A DNA stretch of 59,556 nt, filler included. It is 4 parts of 4 records of this genome, joined end to end, with 100 filler letters (N's around TTAATTAATTAA, not from the genome) between each part and the next. Parts side by side here need not be neighbours in the genome. Positions count along the whole stretch, not along the records: positions 13,362 to 43,827 come from DRR723986_1445; positions 43,928 to 59,556 come from DRR723986_1446; 2 more parts are not named here. One strand, 5' to 3'. The translations under genes were made by a program, and so were the position numbers. Under the pieces are notes generated by a model, which worked only from the letters and a program-made list of their open reading frames with translations, had not been told where the DNA came from and did no database searches. The number at the start of each line of letters is the position of its first letter. Position 1 is the stretch's first letter. Shown one piece after another: positions 38,848-48,539 of the stretch.

Positions 38848-38856
38848 ACGCACCCG

Positions 38857-40113
38857 GTGAGCGCGGCGGAGCCCTCGCTGCAGGCGTCGATTCTCAACCG
38901 GCGCATGTTGATCTGTGTATTCACCGGCTTTGCCTCGGGGATGCCACTCTACGTGCTGTTTCAGCTGGTGCCTGCCTGGCTGCGGGACGGCGGCGTCTCC
39001 CTCACCGAAATTGGTTTGTTCGCGCTGGTCGGTATTCCCTATACCTGGAAATTCCTCTGGGCCCCGTTGATGGATCGCTGGTCGCTACCGGGCTTTGGTC
39101 GCCGGCGCGGCTGGATGCTGTATTCGCAGCTTGGCCTGGTGGTCGCCATCGGGGTCATGGGCGCCTACCAGCCTTCCCAGTCCACCGCGACCATCGCAGT
39201 GCTGGCGCTGCTGGTCGCCCTGTTCAGCGCAACCCAGGACGTTGCTATCGACGCCTACCGGCGTGAGATCCTGCCGGACCGCGAACTGGGCTTGGGAAAT
39301 GCTATCCATGTGCAGGCTTATCGCATATCCAGCCTGGTGCCGGGTTCCCTGTCGCTGATCCTCGCGGACATCCTGCCCTGGTCGACGGTGTTCTGGATTA
39401 CCGGGCTGTTCATGCTCGCGGGGGTCGCCCTCAGTATCCTGGTGACTGAGCCTGAATCCGATTTGCCCGAACCGGGCTCCTTGCGCGAGACCATCATCGC
39501 CCCCTTTCGGGAGTACCTGCGCCGGCGCGGGTTTAACAGCCTGCTGCTGGCGCTGGCCTTCATGTTTCTGTACAAGCTCGGCGACAATATGGCGACCGCG
39601 CTGGCCACGCCGTTCTACCTGGATATGGGTTTCACCAAGACCCAGATTGGTCTGGTGGCCAAGCATGCCGCGCTCTGGCCTGCGATAGCCGGTGGCCTGC
39701 TGGGTGGGCTGGTCATGGTCAGGATGGGAATCAACAAGTCGCTGTGGTTGTTTGGCCTGGTGCAGATGGTGAGTATTTTCGGCTACGCGGTGTTGTCTGA
39801 GTCGGGAACGATTTTGTGGCTACTGGCCGCGGTCATTGGCTTTGAATACCTCGGTGTCGGGATGGGAACAGCCGCCTTTACTGCCTATATCGCCCGGGAA
39901 ACCAGCCGGACCTTCGCCGCCACCCAGTTTGCCCTGTTTACTGCCCTTGCGGCCCTGCCGCGTACCTTTGCCAATGCGAGTACCGGCGCTATCGTGGAAA
40001 CGGTGGGCTGGACCCAGTTCTTCCTGCTGTGCGCCCTGCTGGCGATACCCGGTATGCTGTTGTTGTTCTGGGTGGCGCCATGGCGTGGGGAGAAGGGCGA
40101 GAGCGATGTCTAG
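38857..40113 (+). CDS. ampG: AmpG muropeptide MFS permease
   Basis: GFASGMP, PYTWKFLWAPLMDR, GRRRGW, SATQDVAIDAYRRE, YKLGD, ATQFALFT. Confidence 0.92.
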   Translation: MSAAEPSLQASILNRRMLICVFTGFASGMPLYVLFQLVPAWLRDGGVSLTEIGLFALVGIPYTWKFLWAPLMDRWSLPGFGRRRGWMLYSQLGLVVAIGVMGAYQPSQSTATIAVLALLVALFSATQDVAIDAYRREILPDRELGLGNAIHVQAYRISSLVPGSLSLILADILPWSTVFWITGLFMLAGVALSILVTEPESDLPEPGSLRETIIAPFREYLRRRGFNSLLLALAFMFLYKLGDNMATALATPFYLDMGFTKTQIGLVAKHAALWPAIAGGLLGGLVMVRMGINKSLWLFGLVQMVSIFGYAVLSESGTILWLLAAVIGFEYLGVGMGTAAFTAYIARETSRTFAATQFALFTALAALPRTFANASTGAIVETVGWTQFFLLCALLAIPGMLLLFWVAPWRGEKGESDV

Positions 40114-40191
40114 CACCTGTGACTGCGATGGTTCCCAGTTCAGACTGATTACCAGGCCAGCCCGCCGTTGGGTGCCTGAGGAAAGCAGCTT

Positions 40192-41139
40192 ATGTTTGGT
40201 TTAGCTCGCAGGGACCGGTCCCTGCCGATCATCAGTATCGTGGTCGTGGTCTACGATATGCCGCGTCAGGCGGCCAATACCCTGCGCTCACTGGCTGCTG
40301 ATTATCAGCGCGGCGCCCTGGCGGAGGAATACGAGGTCATCGTGGTCGAGAACCGCTCGGCGAACTGCCTGCCGCAGGCGGTGATCGACGAGCTGCCCGA
40401 AAATTTTCGCTACACGCTTCGCGATGAGACCGAGCCCACCCCCGTCTACGCGATCAATGCCGGCGCTGCGATGGCGCGTGGCCAGCATATCTGTGTGATG
40501 GTCGACGGTGCCCGCATGCTGACCCCGGGTGTGGTCAGCGGCCTGATGCGGGGGCACCGGGTGTCGGCCAATGCCGTGGTCACTGTGCCCGGCTACCACA
40601 TCGGCTCCCAGTTGCAGCAGGATGCGGTGGAGAGCGGCTACGATGTGGAGCAGGACCAGGCCCTGGTCGCTTCCGTCGACTGGACGGTAAACGGCTACCG
40701 CCTGTTCGACATCGCCTGCTTCAGCGAGTCCTGTGCCGTCGGCTTCTTCCTGCCCAACGGGGAAAGCAACTGCATCAGCATGCCCATGCGGGTCTGGAAG
40801 ACCCTGCGCGGCTGTGATCCCCGGTTCAATATTCGCGGCGGCGGCCTGGTGAACCTGGACCTGTACAAGCGGGCCTGTGAGTTTCCCGGAATCCAGCACG
40901 TGATGCTGCCGGGGGAGGGCACGTTCCACCAGTTCCACGGTGGAGTGACAACCGGGGGCGAAAGCCGGGCGCGGCGCGCCGCCCTGATTGCCGAGATCCG
41001 CGACAACTACCTGTCAGTCCGGGGCGAGGACTACCGGCGACCACAGACGGTGCCGATCTTCCTTGGCCATATCCCGCCGCAGGCACAACGTTTCCTGCAG
41101 CTCTCCACTGCCCAGGCCCTGCCCGTCGAGACCGACTAG
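40192..41139 (+). CDS. GT-A fold (GT2-like) glycosyltransferase
   Basis: ISIVVVVYDM, EVIVVEN.S, AINAG, VDGARMLTPG. Confidence 0.75.
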   Translation: MFGLARRDRSLPIISIVVVVYDMPRQAANTLRSLAADYQRGALAEEYEVIVVENRSANCLPQAVIDELPENFRYTLRDETEPTPVYAINAGAAMARGQHICVMVDGARMLTPGVVSGLMRGHRVSANAVVTVPGYHIGSQLQQDAVESGYDVEQDQALVASVDWTVNGYRLFDIACFSESCAVGFFLPNGESNCISMPMRVWKTLRGCDPRFNIRGGGLVNLDLYKRACEFPGIQHVMLPGEGTFHQFHGGVTTGGESRARRAALIAEIRDNYLSVRGEDYRRPQTVPIFLGHIPPQAQRFLQLSTAQALPVETD

Positions 41140-41171
41140 TCCTGGCTTGCAGATTGCTCCGCAGCCTGTGG

Positions 41172-41495
41172 CTATCGGGGTTGTGGTTGCCGATAGCGGG
41201 CCAGATTGATTCGATTACCGGGCGAGAAAACCACGCCCTCTGCCTCAAGCCGTTCCCGTTGGGTATAATGTTCGCGCGTGCCATCCGGCAGTGAAATCCT
41301 GCCCTGGGAGTTGATTACCCGGTGCCAGGGGATGCTTGTTTCTGCCGGTAATGCGCGTAGCGCTCGACCCACCCGACGTGCCGCGCCGGCGAGGCCGGCC
41401 TGGCGGGCAACGTCACCGTAGGTGGCAACCTTGCCCGGTGGAATCAGCGCAACGACCTGCCAGATGCGATGATCGATGTCGGGCTCAAAATCCAC
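41172..41495 (-). CDS. atl: Alkyltransferase-like protein (ATL/YbaZ)
   Basis: IPPGKVATYGDVA, ARRVG, PWHRV (Trp in place of the catalytic Cys of MGMT). Confidence 0.85.
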   Translation of the reverse strand: MDFEPDIDHRIWQVVALIPPGKVATYGDVARQAGLAGAARRVGRALRALPAETSIPWHRVINSQGRISLPDGTREHYTQRERLEAEGVVFSPGNRINLARYRQPQPR

Positions 41496-41532
41496 GCTTA
41501 TGGAAGGGGGCCCATACGGCCACACGCATATA

Positions 41533-42582
41533 ATGACAAAACCACGACTCCCGTTCTCCTTTGCCTGCCTCCATCAAGCAGGGACGCTTCTCCTGCTTGC
41601 GCTCCTGGCTGCCGCCGGTGCGCAGGCCGACCGGCTGCACTTCAACGACGGGGAGTCTATCACCGGCCACCTGGTCGGCATACAGGACGGCAAGCTGAGC
41701 TGGCGCTCGGACATCCTGGGTGACTTGAGCATCGACCAGCACCACGTGGCCATGATCGAGACAGGTGACCGCTTTGATCTCAAAATCACCGGGGCCGAAC
41801 TCAGTAACTGCTGGATGTTCGAGCAGCGCGAGCGCCAGCTCCTGCACTGCGACCAGGGTGTGCAGACCCTGCGCGACTGGAAGCTGGTCATCGCGGCCGG
41901 AGAAACCCTGACCGAGCCGCCGCCGCTGCTGACCCAGCGCGGTAACGTGGTGATTGCCGCGGAGGACTCGCGCGGTAACAACGAGATCACCAAGTTCAAT
42001 GTCGATGCCCGTTCCGAGCTGCGCTATATCGAATCGCGGCACACCGTGGCCCTGCGGTTCCAGGAGGAGAGTGCGGACAGCCAGACCACACGGAACATGT
42101 GGCGTACCAGTTACCAGTATGACCAGTTCCTGACCGAACAGTGGTTTGCCACCGGTAATGCACTGTACGAAGAGGACGGGTTCAAGGAAATCGAGCAGCG
42201 CAGTACGGCGGGTCTGGGTATGGGCTACCAGTTCTTCGAGACCAACTACGTCGATCTGCTGGGCAAGGGCACGTTCAACTACGTGGACGAACAGTTCACC
42301 AACGGCAACCAGCGGGATGCGCCGGCCTTCCTGTGGAACCTGGATTTTGCCTGGCGCTTCAACGAGCAGGGCATGGAGTTCTTTCATCGCCACGCGATGC
42401 TGCAGGCCTTCAATGACGGTGAGGACTGGGAGGTCAATACCATTACCGGCTTCAAGTACCCGATCAACGGGCATTTCAGCTCGGTGATCCAGCTCGAATA
42501 CGACTACGACAACCTGCCGGCGGAAGAAGCCGTCGACAACAAGGACCAAAAATGGTCGATCGGTATCAACTACGACTGGTAG
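41533..42582 (+). CDS. DUF481-type outer-membrane beta-barrel with extra N-terminal domain
   Basis: Signal peptide (AQA-D), GLGMGYQFF, YDYDN.P, terminal GINYDW. Confidence 0.75.
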   Translation: MTKPRLPFSFACLHQAGTLLLLALLAAAGAQADRLHFNDGESITGHLVGIQDGKLSWRSDILGDLSIDQHHVAMIETGDRFDLKITGAELSNCWMFEQRERQLLHCDQGVQTLRDWKLVIAAGETLTEPPPLLTQRGNVVIAAEDSRGNNEITKFNVDARSELRYIESRHTVALRFQEESADSQTTRNMWRTSYQYDQFLTEQWFATGNALYEEDGFKEIEQRSTAGLGMGYQFFETNYVDLLGKGTFNYVDEQFTNGNQRDAPAFLWNLDFAWRFNEQGMEFFHRHAMLQAFNDGEDWEVNTITGFKYPINGHFSSVIQLEYDYDNLPAEEAVDNKDQKWSIGINYDW

Positions 42583-42598
42583 CGGCCTTGCCCGGCCG

Positions 42599-42624
42599 CT
42601 TGCAATAGCGCCGGTCGCCCCCAT
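42599..42624 (+). promoter_or_regulatory. Putative sigma32 promoter of fxsA
   Basis: CTTGCA-N14-CCCCAT; fxsA belongs to the sigma32 regulon in E. coli. Confidence 0.6.
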
Positions 42625-42633
42625 AATCGACGT

Positions 42634-43056
42634 ATGCGAATTCTCCTATTGCTCCTGCCCTGGCTGGAGCTGTTATCCCTTATCCAGCTCGGTATTGAGA
42701 CCAGCGCCCTGGCGGCGATTGCTTATGTGCTGCTGACCTTCCTGCTCGGGCTGGCGGTGCTGCGCTACCAGGGCATGGGCCTGTTTGTCCGGCTGCGGGA
42801 GCTGCAGAGCGGGCAGGTGCTGGGTCCGCAGATGTTGCTGGACGATATGGCGGTCGGGCTGGCCGGTCTGCTGCTGATGTTTCCGGGGCCCATCTCGGAC
42901 GTGGCCGCCGTGGTGGTACTGATTGGACCGCTGCGGCGGCGTCTGGCGCGCTGGTTTGGGGGTCCCCAGCCCGAACCCTATCATCCGGGTCGCGACCAGG
43001 CGGGCCACACCACGATAGAGGGCAGCTTTGATCGGGTCGATGACCCTGAGAAATAA
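42634..43056 (+). CDS. fxsA: FxsA family membrane protein
   Basis: P.LEL, G..VLRYQG, GLLLMFPG.ISD, TIEGSF; upstream of groES. Confidence 0.85.
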   Translation: MRILLLLLPWLELLSLIQLGIETSALAAIAYVLLTFLLGLAVLRYQGMGLFVRLRELQSGQVLGPQMLLDDMAVGLAGLLLMFPGPISDVAAVVVLIGPLRRRLARWFGGPQPEPYHPGRDQAGHTTIEGSFDRVDDPEK

Positions 43057-43124
43057 GCTATCTAACTGAAAAATAAGAGAAAAACACTCAATTTCAGGCA
43101 GAGCCTGTTGCTCGCCTGCGCCGC

Positions 43125-43152
43125 TTGACTCCCCGGGGACCATGACTAGAAT
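43125..43152 (+). promoter_or_regulatory. Putative sigma70 promoter of groESL
   Basis: TTGACT-N16-TAGAAT abutting the CIRCE. Confidence 0.55.
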
Positions 43153-43178
43153 TAGCACTCTCTTAAAAAGAGTGCTAA
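43152..43178. promoter_or_regulatory. CIRCE element (HrcA operator)
   Basis: Exact TTAGCACTC-N9-GAGTGCTAA. Confidence 0.95.
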
Positions 43179-43184
43179 CGGGGC

Positions 43185-43210
43185 CTTGAATTCCCTTTCG
43201 TTGCCCCCAT
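43185..43210 (+). promoter_or_regulatory. sigma32 promoter of groESL
   Basis: CTTGAA-N14-CCCCAT, consensus match. Confidence 0.85.
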
Positions 43211-43269
43211 TGTCGAGTGCACCCCCTCGGCGGGGGCCCATAACATCGTTAAATTGGAGAGTTACACCA

Positions 43270-43560
43270 ATGAAAATCCGTCCGTTGTACGACCGGGTGG
43301 TCGTTCGTCGCAAGGCAGAGGAAGAAACCACCGCGGGAGGCATCGTTCTCCCTGGATCCGCCAAGGAGAAGCCCAACCAGGGTGAAGTGGTAGCGGTTGG
43401 CGAGGGTAAGGTACTGGACAGTGGCGATGTGCGCCCGCTGGCCGTCAAGGTCGGCGATACCATCGTCTTCGGCCAGTACGCCGGCAGCAACACCATCGAG
43501 GTCGATGGTGAAGAGCTCATCATCATGGGCGAGAGCGAAATCTTCGCAGTCGTCGAGTAA
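43270..43560 (+). CDS. groES: Co-chaperonin GroES
   Basis: [27 protein letters not shown]. Confidence 0.98.
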   Translation: MKIRPLYDRVVVRRKAEEETTAGGIVLPGSAKEKPNQGEVVAVGEGKVLDSGDVRPLAVKVGDTIVFGQYAGSNTIEVDGEELIIMGESEIFAVVE

Positions 43561-43578
43561 GCCTTCCATACCTGGTAA

Positions 43579-43827
<249 letters not shown>

Positions 43828-43927
43828 NNNNNNNNNNNNNNNNNNNNNNNNNNNNNNNNNNNNNNNNNNNNTTAATTAATTAANNNNNNNNNNNNNNNNN
43901 NNNNNNNNNNNNNNNNNNNNNNNNNNN
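43828..43927. other. Artificial contig spacer
   Basis: N-run + TTAATTAATTAA + N-run. Confidence 0.98.
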
Positions 43928-44626
43928 GGCGCGCAGGTCATGCGCCTCGACCGCGCCCTCGCCATAGGTCGAGATAATGCCCCGCAGCTGTTCCAGCACC
44001 TCTTCGGGCACGCTTTCATCCATCAAGCCACCCACCGAACTGCGCACAACCTGCCAGCCTGACCACAAGATATTTAGCGCCACCAAAGCGGCCAATGCGG
44101 CGTCAAGCCATAGCCAGCCAGTCAAAATGGCAGCAATCAACCCCACGGTTACGCCCACAGAGGAAACAACATCGCTCAGCAAATGGCGCCCATCGGCCAC
44201 CAAAGCAGGCGAGCGCAGCGCGCGCCCCTGACGGATCAGAACAAAACACCACACACCGTTTAGCACGCTGGCCAGCAGGTTCACCGCCAAGCCCGGCCAG
44301 GGGGCGGTAAAGCTGGGCGGGTTGCCCCAGCTGGTGGCGGCGGCGTGCAAAATCAAAAGGGCTGCGATGATAATCATCACCCCCTCTAGAACGGCGCTGA
44401 AATATTCTGCCTTGTGGTGCCCATAGGGGTGATCGGCATCGGCAGGGCGGGCGGCATAGCGCACCGCCAACAGCGCCGCCAAGGCGGTGGCCACGTTGAC
44501 CGTGCTTTCCAGCGCATCAGAATATAGCGCCACCGAGCCGGTCATCTGCCATGCCAATAGTTTGATGGCCAGCACAACCAGCCCCACAATGACACTGCCA
44601 ATGGCAATTTTCATCGTTTGTGGCAC
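43928..44626 (-). CDS. Cation diffusion facilitator transporter, truncated at the 3' end
   Basis: SVALYSDALES, HPYGHHKAEY, ADGRHLLSD, HDLR. Confidence 0.9.
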
Positions 44627-44730
44627 GGGCGGTTGTCCTTTTGTCGGTTTCGGGCCTGATAACGGCCCGGCCACCATAAAACAACCGCCCGCCCTGCCTA
44701 TTCTTGCCAAGCTTTGGCAAAGTGCGGCAA

Positions 44731-45162
44731 TCAGCCCTGCTTTTTCAGCGCGTCGCGAATTTCCAGCAGCACATCCAGCTCGCTTGGCCCTTTGGGGGCT
44801 GCGGGGGCTGCGGCCTCTTCTTTGCGGGTTGCGCTGTCTTTCACGCGATTGACGGTTTTCACCAGCATAAAGACCACAAAGGCGATGATCAGGAAATTGA
44901 TCACTGCCATAAGGAAATTGCCAATGGCAAACACTGCCGCGCCCGCCTCTTTTGCGGCATCAAGCGATGCATAGCTGCCCCCATCTAGCGCATAGAACCA
45001 GCCCGAGAAATCGATGCCGCCGGTAAATAGCGCGATGATTGGGTTGATCAGGTCAGCCACAAGCGAGCTGACAATCGCGGTGAAGGCCGCACCGATGATA
45101 ATGCCAACCGCCATATCCATGACGTTCCCCTTGGCAATAAAGGCCTTAAACTCTTTTAACAT
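44731..45162 (-). CDS. mscL: Large-conductance mechanosensitive channel
   Basis: [32 protein letters not shown]. Confidence 0.96.
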   Translation of the reverse strand: MLKEFKAFIAKGNVMDMAVGIIIGAAFTAIVSSLVADLINPIIALFTGGIDFSGWFYALDGGSYASLDAAKEAGAAVFAIGNFLMAVINFLIIAFVVFMLVKTVNRVKDSATRKEEAAAPAAPKGPSELDVLLEIRDALKKQG

Positions 45163-45360
45163 TGTCCCATCCTCTGTTCACACAAGGGGGCGCACCCGCC
45201 CCCCGCGCCTAGCATAGCGGCAAGGGTGCGGAACGGTTGGGGGAATTTAGGGGGAAAGATGATTAATTTTTGCCAGTTTGGCACAAGAGGCACACCTGGC
45301 TGGGGCATTGCCCTGATGCGCGCGGGCCATGCCAGCCCGCGCCTATGCCAAAGCCGCAGG

Positions 45361-46224
45361 TCAGATGGCGGTTTTCAGGCTTTCGTCTAGATAGATTTCG
45401 CGCAGCCTCTTTGCGACGGGGCCCGGGGTGCCGGTGCCCAATTGGGTGCCATCGATTTCTACCACCGGGAACACGAAGGTAGATGCCGAGGTGATAAATG
45501 CCTCGTCGGCCGCTTGGGCCTCGGCGATGGTAAAGGGGCGCTCTTCGACCTCCATCTGGGCTTCGCGGGCAAAGCGCAGCACAGCGGCGCGGGTGATGCC
45601 GTGCAAAATATCGTTAGACAGCTGGCGCGTGATGATTTTGCCGCCTTTCACGATATAGGCGTTGTTCGATGTGCCCTCGGTCACCATGCCGTCTTCTACC
45701 ATCCAGGCATCATCGCAGCCGGCTTTTTTGGCCATCATTTTGCCCATCGATGGGTATAGCAGCTGCACCGTTTTAATATCGCGGCGGCCCCAGCGAATGT
45801 CGTCGATGGAAATAACCTTGATACCCTTTTGTGCGGCAGGGCTGTTGGCCAAGCCGGGCTTTGATTGGGTAAACAAGACCAAGGTGGGTTTTACCACTGC
45901 CGGGTCGGGGAATACGAAATCACGATCGCCCGCCGAGCCCCGGCTGACCTGCAGGTAAATCATGCCTTCGTCGATATCGTTCAGCCGCACCAATTCGCGG
46001 TGAATGTCGAGCAGCTGATCAAAGGCTTCGGGCTTTTCCATGCCCAGTTCGGTCAAAGACCGCTCTAGCCGCTTCAGATGGCCCTCGAAATCGATCAGCT
46101 TGCCGCCCAAAACGCTGGTCACTTCGTAGACGCCATCGGCCATCAAAAACGAGCGATCAAAGATCGAAACCGTTGCTTCGGTTTCGGGCAGGTATTGGCC
46201 GTTCACATATACGGTGCGGGTCAT
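45361..46224 (-). CDS. dat: D-amino-acid transaminase (class IV PLP)
   Basis: DRSFLMADGVYEV, RWGRRDIKTVQLL, EGTSNN, ILHGITR. Confidence 0.9.
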   Translation of the reverse strand: MTRTVYVNGQYLPETEATVSIFDRSFLMADGVYEVTSVLGGKLIDFEGHLKRLERSLTELGMEKPEAFDQLLDIHRELVRLNDIDEGMIYLQVSRGSAGDRDFVFPDPAVVKPTLVLFTQSKPGLANSPAAQKGIKVISIDDIRWGRRDIKTVQLLYPSMGKMMAKKAGCDDAWMVEDGMVTEGTSNNAYIVKGGKIITRQLSNDILHGITRAAVLRFAREAQMEVEERPFTIAEAQAADEAFITSASTFVFPVVEIDGTQLGTGTPGPVAKRLREIYLDESLKTAI

Positions 46225-46234
46225 TGCAATCTCC

Positions 46235-47200
46235 TTATCCCCAGAGGGTGGCCTTTGGGGGGTGCACCCCGGCGGCATCGAATACTAAAGCTTCCTCGCG
46301 GTCTTCTGCCAGAAGAAGCGGCCCGTCAAGATCTGTCACCAAGGCCCCTTGTGCCACCAGGGTTGCAGGGGCCATGGCAAGCGAGCTGCCAACCATGCAG
46401 CCGACCATAATTTTATACCCCTGCTCTAAGGCGGCTTGGCGCAGGGCCAGCGCCTCGGTCAGGCCGCCGGTTTTATCAAGCTTGATGTTCACCACGTCAT
46501 ATTTGCCCGCCAAATGCGGCAGCGAGGCGCGATCATGCGCGGATTCGTCGGCGCACACGGGCACTGGGCGCGCAAGCCCCAGCAGCGCGTCGTCATCGGC
46601 CGCGGGCAAGGGCTGCTCCACCAGCGCAACCCCCAGCCGCAGCAGATGCGGCGCCAGATCGGCATAGATTTCCGCGCTCCAGCCTTCGTTGGCATCCACG
46701 ATAATGGTCGATTTCGGGGCGCCCGCGCGCACCGCCTCGAGGCGGGGCATATCATCTGGTGTGCCCAGTTTGATTTTCAGCAGTGGCCGATGGGCGTGTT
46801 GGGCGGCCTGTGCCTGCATCTCGGCAGGGCTGGCCAGCGACAAGGTGTAGGCGGTTATTTCAGGCCCAGGTTCGGGCAGGCCGGCCAATTGCCACGCCCG
46901 CAGCCCGGCTTTTTTGCATTCCAGATCCCACAGCGCACAATCGACCGCATTGCGCGCAGCACCAGCTGGCAACAGATCAACCAGCGACTGGCGGTCAAAC
47001 TGGCCTGGCAGGCCCGCGATTTGGGCGCTGACGCTATCCAGCGTTTCGCCATAGCGCGCGTAGGGCACGCATTCGCCCCAGCCTTGCAGGCCCCCATCGC
47101 TGATGCGCACCGTCAGCACCTGCGCCTCGGTGCGGCTGCCGCGGCTGATGGTAAAGACCTGCGCCAAACGAAACACATCGCGCTGCACATCTATTTGCAT
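46235..47200 (-). CDS. dgcA: Enolase-superfamily N-acetyl-D-Glu racemase / dipeptide epimerase
   Basis: FTISRGSRT, GECVPY.RYGE, KIKLG, DANEGW, EQP, DES, NIKLDKTGG, DLDGPLLL; adjacent to dgcN. Confidence 0.82.
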   Translation of the reverse strand: MQIDVQRDVFRLAQVFTISRGSRTEAQVLTVRISDGGLQGWGECVPYARYGETLDSVSAQIAGLPGQFDRQSLVDLLPAGAARNAVDCALWDLECKKAGLRAWQLAGLPEPGPEITAYTLSLASPAEMQAQAAQHAHRPLLKIKLGTPDDMPRLEAVRAGAPKSTIIVDANEGWSAEIYADLAPHLLRLGVALVEQPLPAADDDALLGLARPVPVCADESAHDRASLPHLAGKYDVVNIKLDKTGGLTEALALRQAALEQGYKIMVGCMVGSSLAMAPATLVAQGALVTDLDGPLLLAEDREEALVFDAAGVHPPKATLWG

Positions 47201-47261
47201 GGCCCGCTTCCTTTTGTTTGATCGGCGGCCCCAAACCGGGGCCGCCCTGCTGCAAGATCTG

Positions 47262-48263
47262 TCAAAGAGCGGCCAGCGCGTCTACCAATTTATCCGCGCC
47301 AAAGCGGAACGGATCTGTGGCGGGCAGGCCCAAGCGCGCCTCGACATCGGCCAGATAGGCGCGCGCCTCGGCCTCGGGCATGTGCTGGGTGTTGATCGAG
47401 AAGCCAATCACCTGGCAGGCGGGGTTGGCCACCTGCGCCAGGCGCAGCGCCACATCGCGCACATCTTCGAGGCTGGGCAAAGTATAGCCGGGCAAGCCAC
47501 GCATATGGGCGCGGGTTGGTTCGTGGCACACCACCAAGGCATCTGGCTGGCCGCCATGCACCAAGGCCAGGGTGACACCGGAATAGGACACATGGAACAA
47601 GCTGCCCTGCCCCTCGATCATATCCCAATGATCGGGGTCATTATCCGGGGTCAGCCATTCGATAGAGCCGGCCATGAAATCGGCAATCACCGCATCCAAG
47701 GGCACGCCATCGCCAGTGATCAAAATGCCGGTCTGGCCGGTGGCCCGGAACGACGATTTCAGCCCGCGTGCCTTCATATCGCGGTCCATGCACAGCGCGG
47801 TATACATCTTGCCCACCGAACAATCGGTGCCCACGGCCAAGCAGCGCTTGCCGCTGCGCTTGACGCCATTGGCGATGGGGTATTGCACCGAGGGCACGCG
47901 CACATCGTGCAATTGGCGCCCGCAGGCCTGTGCCACGGCCACCAAATCGGGCTCGTCGCGCAGCAGGTTGTGCAGGCCCGAGGCCAGATCAAACCCCTCT
48001 TCCAGCGCGGCCACCAGCACCTTTTTCCACGCCTGGCTGATCACACCGCCGCGGTTGGCCACGCCAATAACCAAGGTTTTCGCACCTGCGGCCCGGGCTT
48101 CGGCCAGGCTCATATCGGTCAGGCCCATATCGGCGTTGCAGCCTTCCATACGGAATTGGCCAATGGCGTTATCTGGGCGCCAATCCTTGATGCCTTGGGC
48201 CACTTTTGCGGCCAATTGATCGGGCGCGTCGCCCAGAAACAGAAGATAGGGTGTTTGAATCAT
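47262..48263 (-). CDS. dgcN: DUF1611 family D-Glu N-acetyltransferase
   Basis: PYLLFLGDA, GTDCSVGKM, ATGQTGI, EGQGSLFH.SY.GV. Confidence 0.85.
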   Translation of the reverse strand: MIQTPYLLFLGDAPDQLAAKVAQGIKDWRPDNAIGQFRMEGCNADMGLTDMSLAEARAAGAKTLVIGVANRGGVISQAWKKVLVAALEEGFDLASGLHNLLRDEPDLVAVAQACGRQLHDVRVPSVQYPIANGVKRSGKRCLAVGTDCSVGKMYTALCMDRDMKARGLKSSFRATGQTGILITGDGVPLDAVIADFMAGSIEWLTPDNDPDHWDMIEGQGSLFHVSYSGVTLALVHGGQPDALVVCHEPTRAHMRGLPGYTLPSLEDVRDVALRLAQVANPACQVIGFSINTQHMPEAEARAYLADVEARLGLPATDPFRFGADKLVDALAAL

Positions 48264-48539
48264 GGCGGAACCTTTCGCGCAAACTGTTGCGGCAGTGTCT
48301 AAGATTTGGTTTGGGAAAAGTTTCGTTTCTCAGCGCATTAAAGGATAGCTGCGCAAGATTATTCTGATTTTGCGTGAAATAGTCGAAGGTTTGTGCGTTT
48401 TTACCAAGTGCCTGCGAATTAATCACGCTGCATTGCGGCATGCCTTTCTGCGGTTGCAAAACCTTCTTGCGTCTGCGTGCGCAATTTCATAACCCTTGGC
48501 GCAATTCGGATGAAACATCATTACGCAAGGAGCTGCCCC

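Noticed and set aside
41172-41495. O6-methylguanine methyltransferase (ogt)
   Set aside because: The active-site motif is PWHRV, not PCHRV, so it is a non-catalytic ATL.
48264-48539. AT-rich dgcN/mcl divergent intergenic region as an sRNA or riboswitch
   Set aside because: I could not identify a convincing structure or known motif; it is probably just promoters.
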